A stretch of DNA of 64,000 nucleotides from Eledone cirrhosa (taxonomy: Eukaryota). Under the pieces are notes generated by a model. It was not told the origin of the DNA, did no database searches, and was given only the letters and a program-made list of their open reading frames with translations. Where the stretch lies: assembly GCA_964016885.1 (NCBI GenBank), contig CAXHJY010000255.1, positions 1 to 64,000 on the forward strand. The letters run 5' to 3'. Of the stretch, positions 11,414 through 23,750 are shown piece by piece; position 1 is the first letter of the stretch; each line of letters begins with the position of its first letter. The position numbers and the translations under genes are program-made.

Positions 11414-14150
11414 TAGGAGTGAGCCACATGAAGTGGACTGTCTTGTTAAACCTGTAACAGTAGAGACTTCTGGTGTTCTTGGTCTCCAGACCACCTCCCT
11501 ACTCACTGCTACTGGGGTGGTGTTGGCTACCTACAGGAGTGAGCCACATGAAGTGGACTGTCTTGTTAAACCTGTAACAGTAGAGACTTCTGGTGTTCTT
11601 GGTCTCCAGACCACCTCCCTACTCACTGCTACTGGGGTGGTGTTGGCTACCTACAGGAGTGAGCCACATGAAGTGGACTGTCTTGTTAAACCTGTAACAG
11701 TGGAGACTTCTGGTGTTCTTGGTCTCCAGACCACCTCCCTACTCACTGCTACTGGGGTGGTGTTGGCTACCTACAGGAGTGAGTCACATGAAGTGGACTG
11801 TCTTGTTAAACCTGTAACAGTGGAGACTTCTGGTGTTCTTGGTCTCCAGACCACCTCCCTACTCACTGTTACTGGGGTGGTGTTGGCTACCTACAGGAGT
11901 GAGCCACATGAAGTGGACTGTCTTGTTAAACCTGTAACAGTAGAGACTTCTGGTGTTCTTGGTCTCCAGACCACCTCCCTACTCACTGCTACTGGGGTGG
12001 TGTTGGCTACCTACAGGAGTGAGTCACATGAAGTGGACTGTCTTGTTAAACCTGTAACAGTAGAGACTTCTGGTGTTCTTGGTCTCCAGACCACCTCCCT
12101 ACTCACTGCTACTGGGGTGGTGTTGGCTACCTACAGGAGTGAGCCACATGAAGTGGACTGTCTTGTTAAACCTGTAACAGTGGAGACTTCTGGTGTTCTT
12201 GGTTTCCAGACCACCTCCCTACTCACTGCTACTGGGGTGGTGTTGGCTACCTACAGGAGTGAGCCACATGAAGTGGACTGTCTTGTTAAACCTGTAACAG
12301 TAGAGACTTCTGGTGTTCTTGGTCTCCAGACCACCTCCCTACTCACTGCTACTGGGGTGGTGTTGGCTACCTACAGGAGTAAGTCACATGAAGTGGACTG
12401 TCTTGTTAAACCTGTAACAGTGGAGACTTCTGGTGTTCTTGGTCTCCAGACCACCTCCCTACTCACTGCTACTGGGGTGGTGTTGGCTACCTACAGGAGT
12501 GAGTCACATGAAGTGGACTGTCTTGTTAAACCTGTAACAGTGTAGACTTCTGGTGTTCTTGGTCTCCAGACCACCTCCCTACTCACTGCTACTGGGGTGG
12601 TGTTAGCTACCTACAGGAGTGAGCCACATGAAGTGGACTGTCTTATTAAACCTGTAACAGTGGAGAGTTCTGGTGTTCTTGGTCTCCAGACCACCTCCCT
12701 ACTCACTGCTACTGGGGTGGTGTTGGCTACCTACAGGAGTGAGCCACATGAAGTGGACTGTCTTGTTAAACCTGTAACAGTAGAGACTTCTGGTGTTCTT
12801 GGTCTCCAGACCACCTCTCTACTCACTGCTACTGGGGTGGTGTTGGCTACCTACAGGAGTGAGCCACATGAAGTGGACTGTCTTGTTAAACCTGTAACAG
12901 TAGAGACTTCTGGTGTTCTTGGTCTCCAGACCACCTCCCTACTCACTGCTACTGGGGTGGTGTTGGCTACCTACAGGAGTGAGCCACATGAAGTGGACTG
13001 TCTTGTTAAACCTGTAACAGTAGAGACTTCTGGTGTTCTTGGTCTCCAGACCACCTCCCTACTCACTGCTACTGGGGTGGTGTTGGCTACCTACAGGAGT
13101 GAGCCACATGAAGTGGACTGTCTTGTTAAACCTGTAACAGTGGAGACTTCTGGTGTTCTTGGTCTCCAGACCACCTCCCTACTCACTGCTACTGGGGTGG
13201 TGTTGGCTACCTACAGGAGTGAGTCACATGAAGTGGACTGTCTTGTTAAACCTGTAACAGTGGACACTTCTGGTGTTCTTGGTCTCCAGACCACCTCCCT
13301 ACTCACTGCTACTGGGGTGGTGTTGGCTACCTACAGGAGTGAGTCACATGAAGTGGACTGTCTTGTTAAACCTGTAACAGTAGAGACTTCTGGTGTTCTT
13401 GGTCTCCAGACCACCTCCCTACTCACTGCTACTGGGGTGGTGTTGGCTACTTACAGGAGTGAGTCACATGAAGTGGACTGTCTTGTTAAACCTGTAACAG
13501 TGGACACTTCTGGTGTTCTTGGTCTCCAGACCACCTCCCTACTCACTGCTACTGGGGTGGTGTTGGCTACCTACAGGAGTGAGTCACATGAAGTGGACTG
13601 TCTTGTTAAACCTGTAACAGTAGAGACTTCTGGTGTTCTTGGTCTCCAGACCACCTCCCTACTCACTGCTACTGGGGTGGTGTTGGCTACCTACAGGAGT
13701 GAGCCACATGAAGTGAACTGTCTTGTTAAACCTGTAACAGTGGAGACTTCTGGTGTTCTTGGTCTCCAGACCACCTCCCTACTCACTGTTACTGGGGTGG
13801 TGTTAGCTACTTACAGGAGTGAGTCACATGAAGTGGACTGTCTTGTTAAACCTGTAACAGTAGAGACTTCTGGTGTTCTTGGTCTCCAGACCACCTCCCT
13901 ACTCACTGCTACTGGGGTGGTGTTGGCTACCTACAGGAGTGAGCCACATGAAGTGGACTGTCTTGTTAAACCTGTAACAGTGGAGACTTCTGGTGTTCTT
14001 GGTCTCCAGACCACCTCCCTACTCACTGCTACTGGGGTGGTGTTGGCTACCTACAGGAGTGAGCCACATGAAGTGGACTGTCTTGTTAAACCTGTAACAG
14101 TGTAGACTTCTGGTGTTCTTGGTCTCCAAACCACCTCCCTACTCACTGCT
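11414..14150. repeat. 120-bp tandem array (~23 near-identical units)
   Basis: Exact 120-bp period; + frame gives a 40-aa repeat containing VKPVTVETSGVLG. Confidence 0.97.
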
Positions 14151-14270
14151 ATTGTGAAAGCGTTGGCCACTTAAAGGAGTGAAGCTCATTAGTTTGAATG
14201 GTTATTCCAAAGTGTCTCGCTCCCTATCCTATGTGGTAATACTTACTCCACTAGGACAAGAAGGCAACCA
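11414..14270 (+). mobile_element. CRE-like LINE C-terminal fragment (source of the 120-bp array)
   Basis: PVTVETSGVLG followed after the array by FEWLFQSVSLPILCGN, resembling the CRE-type RLE C-terminus P.A.ET.G..G...FQR.S.A..RGN. Confidence 0.55.
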
Positions 14271-14500
14271 GCCCCTGAGCTTTACGTAGATATGAATTTT
14301 ATTTTGAATTTCCATTTGTAGTTTTCACATTTTAATATAGAATCTTGCAGTTTCATGGTGCACCCGTGTGTTGCAGTGACAGATGGTTTCAAAACTATTT
14401 AACTAAATGGTAACTTGGATGGACATGTTTTGGTTTATATTATGAAAAATACAATAAAGATGGTAACATGGAACATGAAATAAATAGAGATGTTACCTAC

Positions 14501-14552
14501 CATTAATATCACTGTTACTCTGCCAGGCTTCCAAAATGAGTGTGTAGGATTG
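14501..14552 (-). CDS. Jag: Internal coding exon of a Jagged/Serrate-type Notch ligand (N-terminal MNNL/C2 domain), equivalent to JAG1 exon 3
   Basis: Minus strand reads ttttttttctgttatatcttgtAG|CAATCCTACACACTCATTTTGGAAGCCTGGCAGAGTAACAGTGATATTAATG|GTAGGT. It is 52 nt, phase 0 to phase 1, and translates QSYTLILEAWQSNSDIN. From memory, JAG1 exon 3 is also 52 nt, same phases, RSYTLLVEAWDSSNDTV. Flanking exons not found in the window. Confidence 0.8.
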
Positions 14553-14614
14553 CTACAAGATATAACAGAAAAAAAAAGTATGAATATAGTGTATACACTC
14601 ATATACACAAGCAA

Positions 14615-14648
<34 letters not shown>

Positions 14649-14651
<3 letters not shown>

Positions 14652-14906
14652 GAAGTTCTATTTAAATTGTTGGGATACAACAAGCAAATATTTTTATAAC
14701 TGATATAAAGCACTCAACAAATTATTGGAGAGCTTCCAACAGAAATGGTCGCATTCTTTAAAGGTATGTCAATATTTATTTATAAAACTTATCTATATTA
14801 TATTTTATCTGATGAAAGCACACCATAATTTAACTTGGTGTCCTTGAAATATATATAATGAAATTAATATGGTTTTATAAATATAGTTTCCATTTGTTAA
14901 TATATC
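14649..14906. mobile_element. Penelope-like terminal fragment (family A), internally inverted, in (TA)n
   Basis: Near-identical to 46758-47030 but with the second half inverted. Confidence 0.7.
14802..14864 (+). ncRNA. Minimal type I hammerhead ribozyme
   Basis: AUUUUAU-CUGAUGA-AAG(C)ACACCA..UGGUGU(C)CUU-GAAA-UAUAUA-UA-AUGAAAU. Confidence 0.75.
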
Positions 14907-14931
14907 GTATGTATGTATGTATGTATGTATG

Positions 14932-15006
<75 letters not shown>

Positions 15007-15011
<5 letters not shown>

Positions 15012-15340
15012 TGGCTTAGTGGTTAGAGCATTGGCCTTGCAATCGAAAGGTTGTGAGTTCAATTCTCAGACCGGGTGATGTGTTGTTTCCTTGAGCAAGA
15101 CACTTTATTTCACATTGCTCCAGTTTACTCAGCTGTAGAAATGAGATGCTAGGGACCGGGGTCCTTATCATTCCACTGCAAAGTGGTCGTGGAGGTGCCA
15201 CAGCAAAAAAAACACCCACCACTCACTGTAAATGAGGTTGGTGTTAGGAAGGGCATCGAGCTGTAGAAATCAAGCCAGAATCAGTTCCCGTCCCACCCTT
15301 GCAAGCAGGGAAAAGCGGACGTAAAATGAAATGATGATGA
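15007..15340 (+). mobile_element. CORE-SINE with RTE tail
   Basis: Same family as 10431-10770. Confidence 0.85.
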
Positions 15341-15975
15341 AATGATATATGTATATGATGATGATGATGATGATGATGATATATACACTCTTTTTGAAGC
15401 TCTATCTGATGACCGTGGAAATTGGAGAACTGTCTGACATGAAAGTATCTCATTGACCTACTATGAGGGCTAGGCTAACTGTAAGGTTTTAAACCCCACT
15501 TACCCTAGAAACAAGTCCATATTTCAGGATCATGGTGAAGATTTTTAGCTGGCAACTTTCTTCACACATGTTAACTATGATCACTAAATTTCCTTCTTAC
15601 TAACCACATTTCATTAGCTATATTAATACTAAGAATCACTTTATTCTCCCTCTACAACTTTATATGCTGCTACAGTTTAAACATATTTCATATCTCTGTT
15701 CAATATATCTTGTGATATATATATTAGGTGTTGATCTTGTTACTTTTAGAATATCTCAACTTTTGGGGAGTTTTTTTACTTTGCATCTATTCCTATAATT
15801 GTTATGTACTTCTTATGTTGTTTTACTGGTCTTCATTCTATCTTGAACCTTAATTTTATTTTATTTTTATTTTTATTTTTATTTTTATTTTTATTTTTAT
15901 TTTTATTTGTCAACCTTGATTCTCACTTTTGACACTTAATGCATATTACATAGTAGCTGGCCTGGTTCTATTATC

Positions 15976-16020
<45 letters not shown>

Positions 16021-16584
16021 ACAGTCGTTGATACTGATCCATACTATCACCTCCTATTTAACAGAGAGGGGCTGGTGGTACAGCCATGATTGTTATTGTT
16101 GTTATTGCAGTTAACTCCATCTCCCACCACCACCACCACCACCACCACCACTGCAATTTAATGTTGACCATCATATAACCCTCTACTGATGCCTGTGTGA
16201 GTAGATGATCTCAGACCTTGGCACCACTAGCGAATTCAAGAAGGCTATGAAGATACAGAGTTGGAACTATCTTTGACCAATAGCTAGGGGACTTATATGT
16301 ATAACTCAACACAAGGGGTGTATGAGTTATACTAACTCATATGTATAACTCAACAGGGCTTTGGGGGAAGCAACATTAATAATCAACCTATGACATATCA
16401 ATGAAATGAAACAGCATTGAGTAATTTTCATTTTTATTTTCACTTATGTAACTTTGTTCACTTAATATCTGCCTGATGTGGCCATAACTGTTACAATTGA
16501 AATACATATAATCACAATTATGTAATGAATATATGAGGTAAATTCTAACCTGTTGACTTATTTCCTTATATATATATATATATA

Positions 16585-16779
16585 ATGAAGGAAATGTGGT
16601 AAGGAACCAGGTGGACCATAACGCACCAAAGTTCTCAATACTTAGGGTAGTAGAGTGGGTAATAGGAACAAGTAAGACCCCGACGGCTGAGCTCAAGCCG
16701 TTTCGACGGCTAATTCTGTACTCAGTACAGAATTAGCCGTCGAAACGGCTTGAGCTCAGCCGTCGGGGTCTTACTTGTT

Positions 16780-16784
<5 letters not shown>
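16585..16784. mobile_element. Penelope-like terminal fragment (family B) with perfect fold-back
   Basis: Homologous to 45500-45575 and 62128-62260; 61-bp-arm palindrome containing the 3' half of a hammerhead; flanked by (TA)n. Confidence 0.55.
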
Positions 16785-16862
<78 letters not shown>

Positions 16863-17249
16863 ATGACAGCTGCATATAATGGTGCAGAGCACTAAAAGTC
16901 GATGGAAGCCATGGAGTGGGGAGACCCAGGAAGACCTGAGATGAGGTGATAAAAGCTGGCTTTGCCCAATTGCACCTCTCAAAGGTGATGACACAGGACC
17001 GTGACCTCTGGCATCACACAGTAATACAGAAGACCCAACTTCCCACAGGTATAAGCTGAAGCTAAAGCATATAGACAAAATGCCACCAATTCCATTATGG
17101 TTCATTATTCAATGTTTATGTTCTGTGATGTTACATAAGTGCAATTATTGGAAGTTACTCTGTGGAGTTTACCTTAGATATATTTTCTCCCCCTAATATA
17201 CTACAAAGGCAATTGATGAGATATCTTAATCAGATTTGTTCTATGTTCT

Positions 17250-18039
17250 CAGGCGTTATCAAAGTTTGTAATCAAACTGCATTTGTGCATTTCTGGTATT
17301 CTGTTGATGAAAGATCTACTGTTAAATGAACCCCTATCAAATGGCTACTCCTCAAGAAAAGGCACAATGTGTGTCATGGTTTATTGAAACAGAATCGGAT
17401 ACGCAAACTCAGCGAAACTACAGAACTATGCATGGAAGGGATCCACCGTGTGGTGTGGGATTATTGTGTGCAATCGAATCATTGGTCCATTTTTCTTCAA
17501 CAAGACTGCAAATGTTTACCTTGACCTTTTGACTGAATATGTGGCACCACAACTAGATGGCCTTCAACCAACAATCATTTTCCAGCAAGATGCTGCACCA
17601 CCACATTGGGGACTGCATGTTCGTAGGTTCCTAAATCAAACATTTCCAGACTGGTGGATTGGAAGGGATGGCCCAATTCCCTGACTACCTTGTTCACCAG
17701 GTAGTCAGGGAATTGGGCCATCCCTTCCAATCGGGACTTCTTTATGTTAAAGATATCGTGTATCGAACAAAGATACAGGACATCACTGATCTAAAGCAAC
17801 AGATCACTGACGCTATTGCCACCATTGATGAGGCTATACTACAGCGAACATGGCAAGAAATCTAGTACCATCTTGATGTCCTTCGTGCAACTAATGGTGC
17901 ATGTATAGAAGTGTATTAAATTAGTTACAAAAAACTTCAATATCTACTCCTCATTTTGTAACAATTTTCACATATTTGTTTTTTCATTTGCTTTTGTAAT
18001 AAATTTGTTAAATTGTAAAGAGACTTTATGGACACCCTG
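17250..18039 (+). mobile_element. Decayed Tc1/mariner (rosa/DD41D-like) transposon
   Basis: IIGPFFF, FQQDAAPPHW, WIGRDGPIP motifs; right end ...GGACACCCTG|TA; internal deletions; left end uncertain. Confidence 0.8.
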
Positions 18040-18122
18040 TATAGCATCTTGTCATTTCATAATAAAATAGAGCTATCCCACTTCTTATTAAACTTTCTAT
18101 ATATATATGTATATGTATATAT

Positions 18123-18442
18123 GGAGGCACATGGCTTAGTGGTTAGAGCATTGGCCTTGCAATCGAAAGGTTGAGAGTTCAATTCTCAGACCGGGTGATG
18201 TGTTGTTTCCTTGAGCAAGACACTTTATTTCACATTGCTCCAGTTTACTCAGCTGTAGAAATGAGATGATAGGACTGGGGTCCCTATCATTCCACTGCAA
18301 AGTGGTCGTGTAGGTGCCACGCAAAAAAAGCACCCAGCACTCACTGTAAATGAGGTTGGTGTTAGGAAGGGCATCCAGCTGTAGAAATCAAGCCAGACTC
18401 AGTTCCCGTCCCAAGAGGACGTAAAATGAAATGACGATGATG
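18123..18442 (+). mobile_element. CORE-SINE
   Basis: Same family as 10431, with a short deletion in the tail. Confidence 0.85.
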
Positions 18443-18659
18443 ATATATACATATATATACACATATATAAATATATATTTGATTGCCAAATAAATTATCT
18501 ATAGAGATATAAAAGATACAGAAGCGAAAACCAATCCAAACCAAACAGTGAGTGTGTTTTATTATTAATTCTGGCAATATTATGATGCTCTCTTTCTGGT
18601 AAGGTAACTAACCACAGGAGAAGTACTTAGCTAAGAGTAAGCCCCTGTATCTAACATTC

Positions 18660-19420
18660 GTAAATACGGGGAATCCCTTTGACAGGGTGCCACCATCTGT
18701 AATATGGTGGAATCTTAGAAAGCTAGGTGTAAACGAACGGCTTGTGAGAGCAGTGCAGGCCATTTATAAAGGAGCAGCCAGGAGAGTGAGTCAGCAATAA
18801 GTACAGTGATGAGTTTGAAGTGCAGGTGGGGGGGGGGGTCGCCCCCCCCCCCCCCCCCATCCACATACACACATACACACACACCACACCACCCCACACA
18901 CCCCACACCCCACACACACTTGTTTATCAGGCTACCTAGAAGTAGTTGACAGCTTTTGTTATCTAGGCAATCAAATTAGCAGTGGTGGAGAATGCACCAA
19001 AAGTGTGATAGAAGAGGCAGGAAGAAGTTTAAAGATCTGAGGTAACAAGTGAAGGGTAGCCTGTATGATGCTACAGTGCAGTGAAACATGGGCATTGACT
19101 GTAGAAGACCTGTCATGGTTAGAAAGAAACAAGTTGAGTATGCTCTGATGAATGTGTAATGTTAGTGTGCAAGAGTCGCATAACATAAGCAAACTGAGGG
19201 AAAAACTTGGCATAAGAGGAGTAGGATGTAGTGGGCAATAGAGAAGACTGCACGTGACCACCTCTCCTGTGCACTTGGTAGAACATTTATCCATATGTAA
19301 GCAAGATGTAGACCTGTGGCCTGTTTGAGAGGACAGTAGCTCTACTTCAGTACAGACTTGGGCTATATAGCCCTGTCCAACCATTGCTAGCAAGGAAAAC
19401 GGACATTAAAACGATGATGA
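18660..19420 (+). mobile_element. Highly decayed RTE LINE fragments
   Basis: LVRAVQA, EVVDSFCYLG, SETWALT remnants; GAT tail. Confidence 0.6.
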
Positions 19421-19664
19421 TACATATATGTCTATGTGTGTATATGTATATATGGCTTTGAAAGTAAGATATTAGGTTGACAATATAATAGGAAAAGAAT
19501 ATATATATGTATTAATTTACAGCAAAATTTATATTTTCAGGCATATTTACATGTCTACATATTAAAAATGTGTATATTTATATATACATCACTGCAGTCT
19601 TGGTTCCTCACTCTGTATATATACAGCTAGCTTTATCATTTATACATGTGTGTGTGTCTGAGTG

Positions 19665-22600
19665 TGCATGTGTGCTGGACTACAAGAAAGCTTTCAATTC
19701 TGTTCCCCACTCTTGGATGATAGAGGCCCTCCAACTTGCTAAAGTCCCAGACATTATTATCAGAGCCATAGAGATGATGTCTTCTTCTTGGGCTACTATC
19801 CTAAAGTTAAAAACAGAGAAGGAGGACTCTATTTTCACTGATAAAATAGAATATCACAGGGGCATATTTCAAGGAAACAGAAAAACCTTCACCTGGTTAC
19901 AACATTCTCGAAAGATATAGGAATGGAGTTTGGCCAAGATAAATGTTCATATATGATTGTAAAGTGAGGAAAAACTACAAGTCAATCTAGCAACATTTTC
20001 ATCAATGGCCTAACTGTTTCACTAGTATTTGATGAGGGATTGATACTCAGGGATAGATAAGAACATATTCTATGTTGGAATTTGTAACAAGGAACAATTA
20101 ACCAGGGAATATAACATCCAAATAAGAAAAATATGGTCATCTGAAATCTCTGTGCACAATAAATCCACAATAAGTTTGTTTAGCCTGTCCTAACATCAAC
20201 ATTTGAACTACTTGACTGGAAGTTAGATAAGAGCCAAGTCATTGATGTTACAAACCCAAAAGTTCTGGCACTGGAAATGTCCATATCACACTGATATATA
20301 GCGCTTCTACATGAAACAGGGGAGGCCTAGTGACATATAGCACTTCTACATGAAACAGGAGAGGCCTAACATATCACACTGATATATAGCGCTTCTACAT
20401 GAAACAGGGGAGGCCTAGTGACATATACCACTTCTACATGAAACAGGGGAGGCCTAGTGACATATAGCACTTCTACATGAAACAGGGGAGGCCTAGTGAC
20501 ATATAGCACTTCTACATGAAACAGGGGAGGCCTAGTGATATATAGCGCTTCTACATGAAACAGGGGAGGTCTAGTGATATATAGCACTTCTACATGAAAC
20601 CGGGGAGGCCTAGTGATATATAGCGCTTCTACATGAAACAGGGGAGGCCTAGTGACATATAGCACTTCTACATGAAACAGGGGAGGCCTAGTGACATATA
20701 GCGCTTCTACATGAAACAGGGGAGGCCTAGTGACATATAGCACTTCTACATGAAACAGGGGAGGCCTAGTGACATATACCACTTCTACATGAAACAGGGG
20801 AGGCCTAGTGACATATAGCACTTCTACATGAAACAGGGGAGGCCTAGTGACATATACCACTTCTACATGAAACAGGGGAGGCCTAGTGACATATAGCACT
20901 TCTACATGAAACAGGGGAGGCCTAGTGACATATAGCACTTCTACATGAAACAGGGGAGGCCTAGTGACATATAGCGCTTCTACATGAAACAGGGGAGGCC
21001 TAGTGATATATAGCGCTTCTACATGAAACAGGGGAGGCCTAGTGACATATAGCACTTCTACATGAAACAGGGCAGGCCTAGTGACATATAGCACTTCTAC
21101 ATGAAACAGGGGAGGCCTAGTGACATATAGCGCTTCTACATGAAACAGGGGAGGCCTAGTGACATATAGCACTTCTACACAAAACAGGGGAGGCCTAGTG
21201 ACATATACCACTTCTACATGAAACAGGGGAGGCCTAGTGGCATATAGCGCTTCTACATGAAACAGGGGAGGCCTAGTGATATATAGCACTTCTACATGAA
21301 ACAGGGGAGGCTTAGTGACATATAGCACTTCTACATGAAACAGGGGAGGCCTAGTGACATATACCACTTCTACACGAAACAGGACAGGCCTAGTGACATA
21401 TACCACTTCTACATGAAACAGGGGAGGCCTAGTGACATATACCACTTCTACATGAAACAGGGCAGGCCTAGTGATATATAGCACTTCAACATGAAACAGG
21501 AGAGGCCTAGTGACATATACCACTTCTACATGAAACAGGGGAGGCCTAGTGACGTATAGCACTTCTACATGAAACAGGGGAGGCCTAGTGATATATAGCA
21601 CTTCTACATGAAACAGGGGAGGCCTAGTGACATATAGCACTTCTACATGAAACAGGGGAGGCCTAGTGACATACAGCACTTCTACATGAAACAGGAGAGG
21701 CATAGTGACATACAGCACTTCTACATGAAACGGGGCAGGCCTAGTGACATATACCACTTCTACATGAAACAGGGGAGGCCTAGTGACATATAGCACTTCT
21801 ACATGAAACAGGGGAGGCCTAGTGACATATAGCACTTCTACATGAAACAGGGGAGGCCTAGTGACATATACCACTTCTACATGAAACAGGGGAGGCCTAG
21901 TGACATATAGCACTTCTACATGAAACAGGGGAGGCCTAGTGACATACAGCACTTCTACATGAAACAGGGGAGGCCTAGTGACATATAGCACTTCTACATG
22001 AAACAGGGGAGACCTAGTGACATATAGCACTTCTACATGAAACAGGGGAGGCCTAGTGACATATAGCACTTCTACACAAAACAGGAGAGGCCTAGTGACA
22101 TATACCACTTCTACATGAAACAGGGGAGGCTTAGTGACATATACCACTTCTACATGAAACAGGGGAGGCCTAGTGACATATACCACTTCTACACGACACA
22201 GGGCAGGCCTAGTGACATATACCACTTCTACATGAAACAGGGGAGGCCTAGTGACATATAGCGCTTCTACATGAAACAGGGGAGGCCTAGTGATATATAG
22301 CACTTCTACATGAAACAGGGGAGGCCTAGTGACATATAGCACTTCTACATGAAACAGGGGAGGCCTAGTGACATATAGCACTTCTACATGAAACAGGGGA
22401 GGCCTAGTAACATATACCACTTCTACACGAAACAGGGGAGGCCTAGTGACATATACCACTTCTACATGAAACAGGGGAGGCCTAGTGACATATAGCACTT
22501 CTACATGAAACAGGGGTGGCCTAGTAACATATACCACTTCTACACGAAACAGGGGAGGCCTAGTGACATATAGCACTTCTACATGAAACAGGGGAGGCCT

Positions 22601-22860
22601 AGAGACATATAGCACTTCAACATGAAACAGGGGAGGCGTAGTGATATATAGCACTTCTACATAAAACAAGGGAGGCTTAGTAAAATATAGCACTTCTACA
22701 TGAAACAGGGGAGGCCTAACATCCAGGCAGCATTTGAGTGTTGCATCATATCCCTGCAACAACATTTACGAATCTCCAAATGTAGGAGCCCATCTATTGA
22801 GCAAGTCTATCTGCATGAAACAGATAAGATCATGAGAGTTGGGAAACACTATCCTGATAC
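19665..22860 (+). mobile_element. R4/Dong-like LINE fragment interrupted by 39-bp array
   Basis: LDYKKAFNSVPHSW, RGIFQG, IGMEFGQDKC; the sequence resumes as IQAAFECCIISLQQHL after the array. Confidence 0.75.
20293..22719. repeat. 39-bp minisatellite (~62 units)
   Basis: Unit tagtgacatatagcacttctacatgaaacaggggaggcc. Confidence 0.97.
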
Positions 22861-22964
22861 ATATATATATATATACACACACAGACACACATGGACCTCT
22901 TACTTCAGACTAACAAGGCTAACCACTTAGTCATAAAAATGAATATATACATGTGTGTGTAGTT

Positions 22965-23750
22965 TTATGAACAGGATTGACATTCACAGCCAGGTTGGAA
23001 GTGGTATCATGACTGATGGGTGTAAAATCAGTCTTCTGGAATTTGCAGATGACATGATTTTACTTACCTCTACAGAAGATGATCTTCGACTTGTACTTGA
23101 TAGGTGCAATGTCAAGTGCTGCATGGCTGGAATGAAAATCAGTGCTGCGAAAGCTGAGACACTAATTCTCTCAAGCAAACCTGTGCAGTGCCCTCTACAT
23201 GTGAATGGAGTTCCACTGAAGCAGGTAGAGAAGTTCAAGTATCTCGAGGCCGTGTTCATGAGTGATGGAAGGTAGAGGGTTGAATTAAGTGCAAGACTTG
23301 CAAAAGCTGTGCAGAAATGTGCCAGCTTCAGCAATCAGTATTCAGAAGAAGGGAGGTAGGTGTAAAGGCCAAACTCACTATCTTCAATTCGCTATTCATG
23401 CCAACCCTTACCTATGGTCATGAATCTTGGGTAATGACCAAAAGAATACGATCACAAATACAAGCAACCGAAATAGGATTCCTCCGAAGGGTCTTTGGAG
23501 TAATGTTACTCGATAAAGTGCATAGCTCAGAGATCAGAGAGTCACTCCATGTAGAGCTGCTACTTCTCCAAATTGAGAGATCACAACTCCAATATTATGG
23601 GCATGTGGATAGAATGTCTCAGGAAAGAATCGCTGGACAGATTTTACAGGCAAAAACCAACCTTGGGGATCCAGCCAGATCAGTTGAAGATGGTTGCTTC
23701 TGACAGGAAGCCCTCACCACCCGCTCAGGAGTGGGTGGGCGAAGAAGAGT
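22965..23750 (+). mobile_element. RTE (Expander-like) LINE 3' fragment
   Basis: LLEFADDMILL, VEKFKYL, PTLTYGHESWVMT motifs. Confidence 0.8.

Noticed and set aside
11406-14105. 379- and 502-aa repeat ORFs as host genes
   Set aside because: Products of the 120-bp array, with stops in two units and no credible start; explained by TE origin.
15400-15450. CTGATGA...GAAA as a hammerhead
   Set aside because: No stems; reads as a decayed RTE C-terminus (EALSDDRGNWR). CTGATGA at ~19145 and ~30414 is likewise mutated RTE coding sequence.
17040-17047. TGTGGGAA CSL/Su(H) site (and GTGGGAA within SINE copies)
   Set aside because: Lies inside TE fragments; expected by chance in 64 kb; no paired-site architecture.
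20366-22765. 799-aa minus-strand ORF
   Set aside because: Stop-free frame of a 39-bp tandem repeat inside a dead LINE; no gene context.
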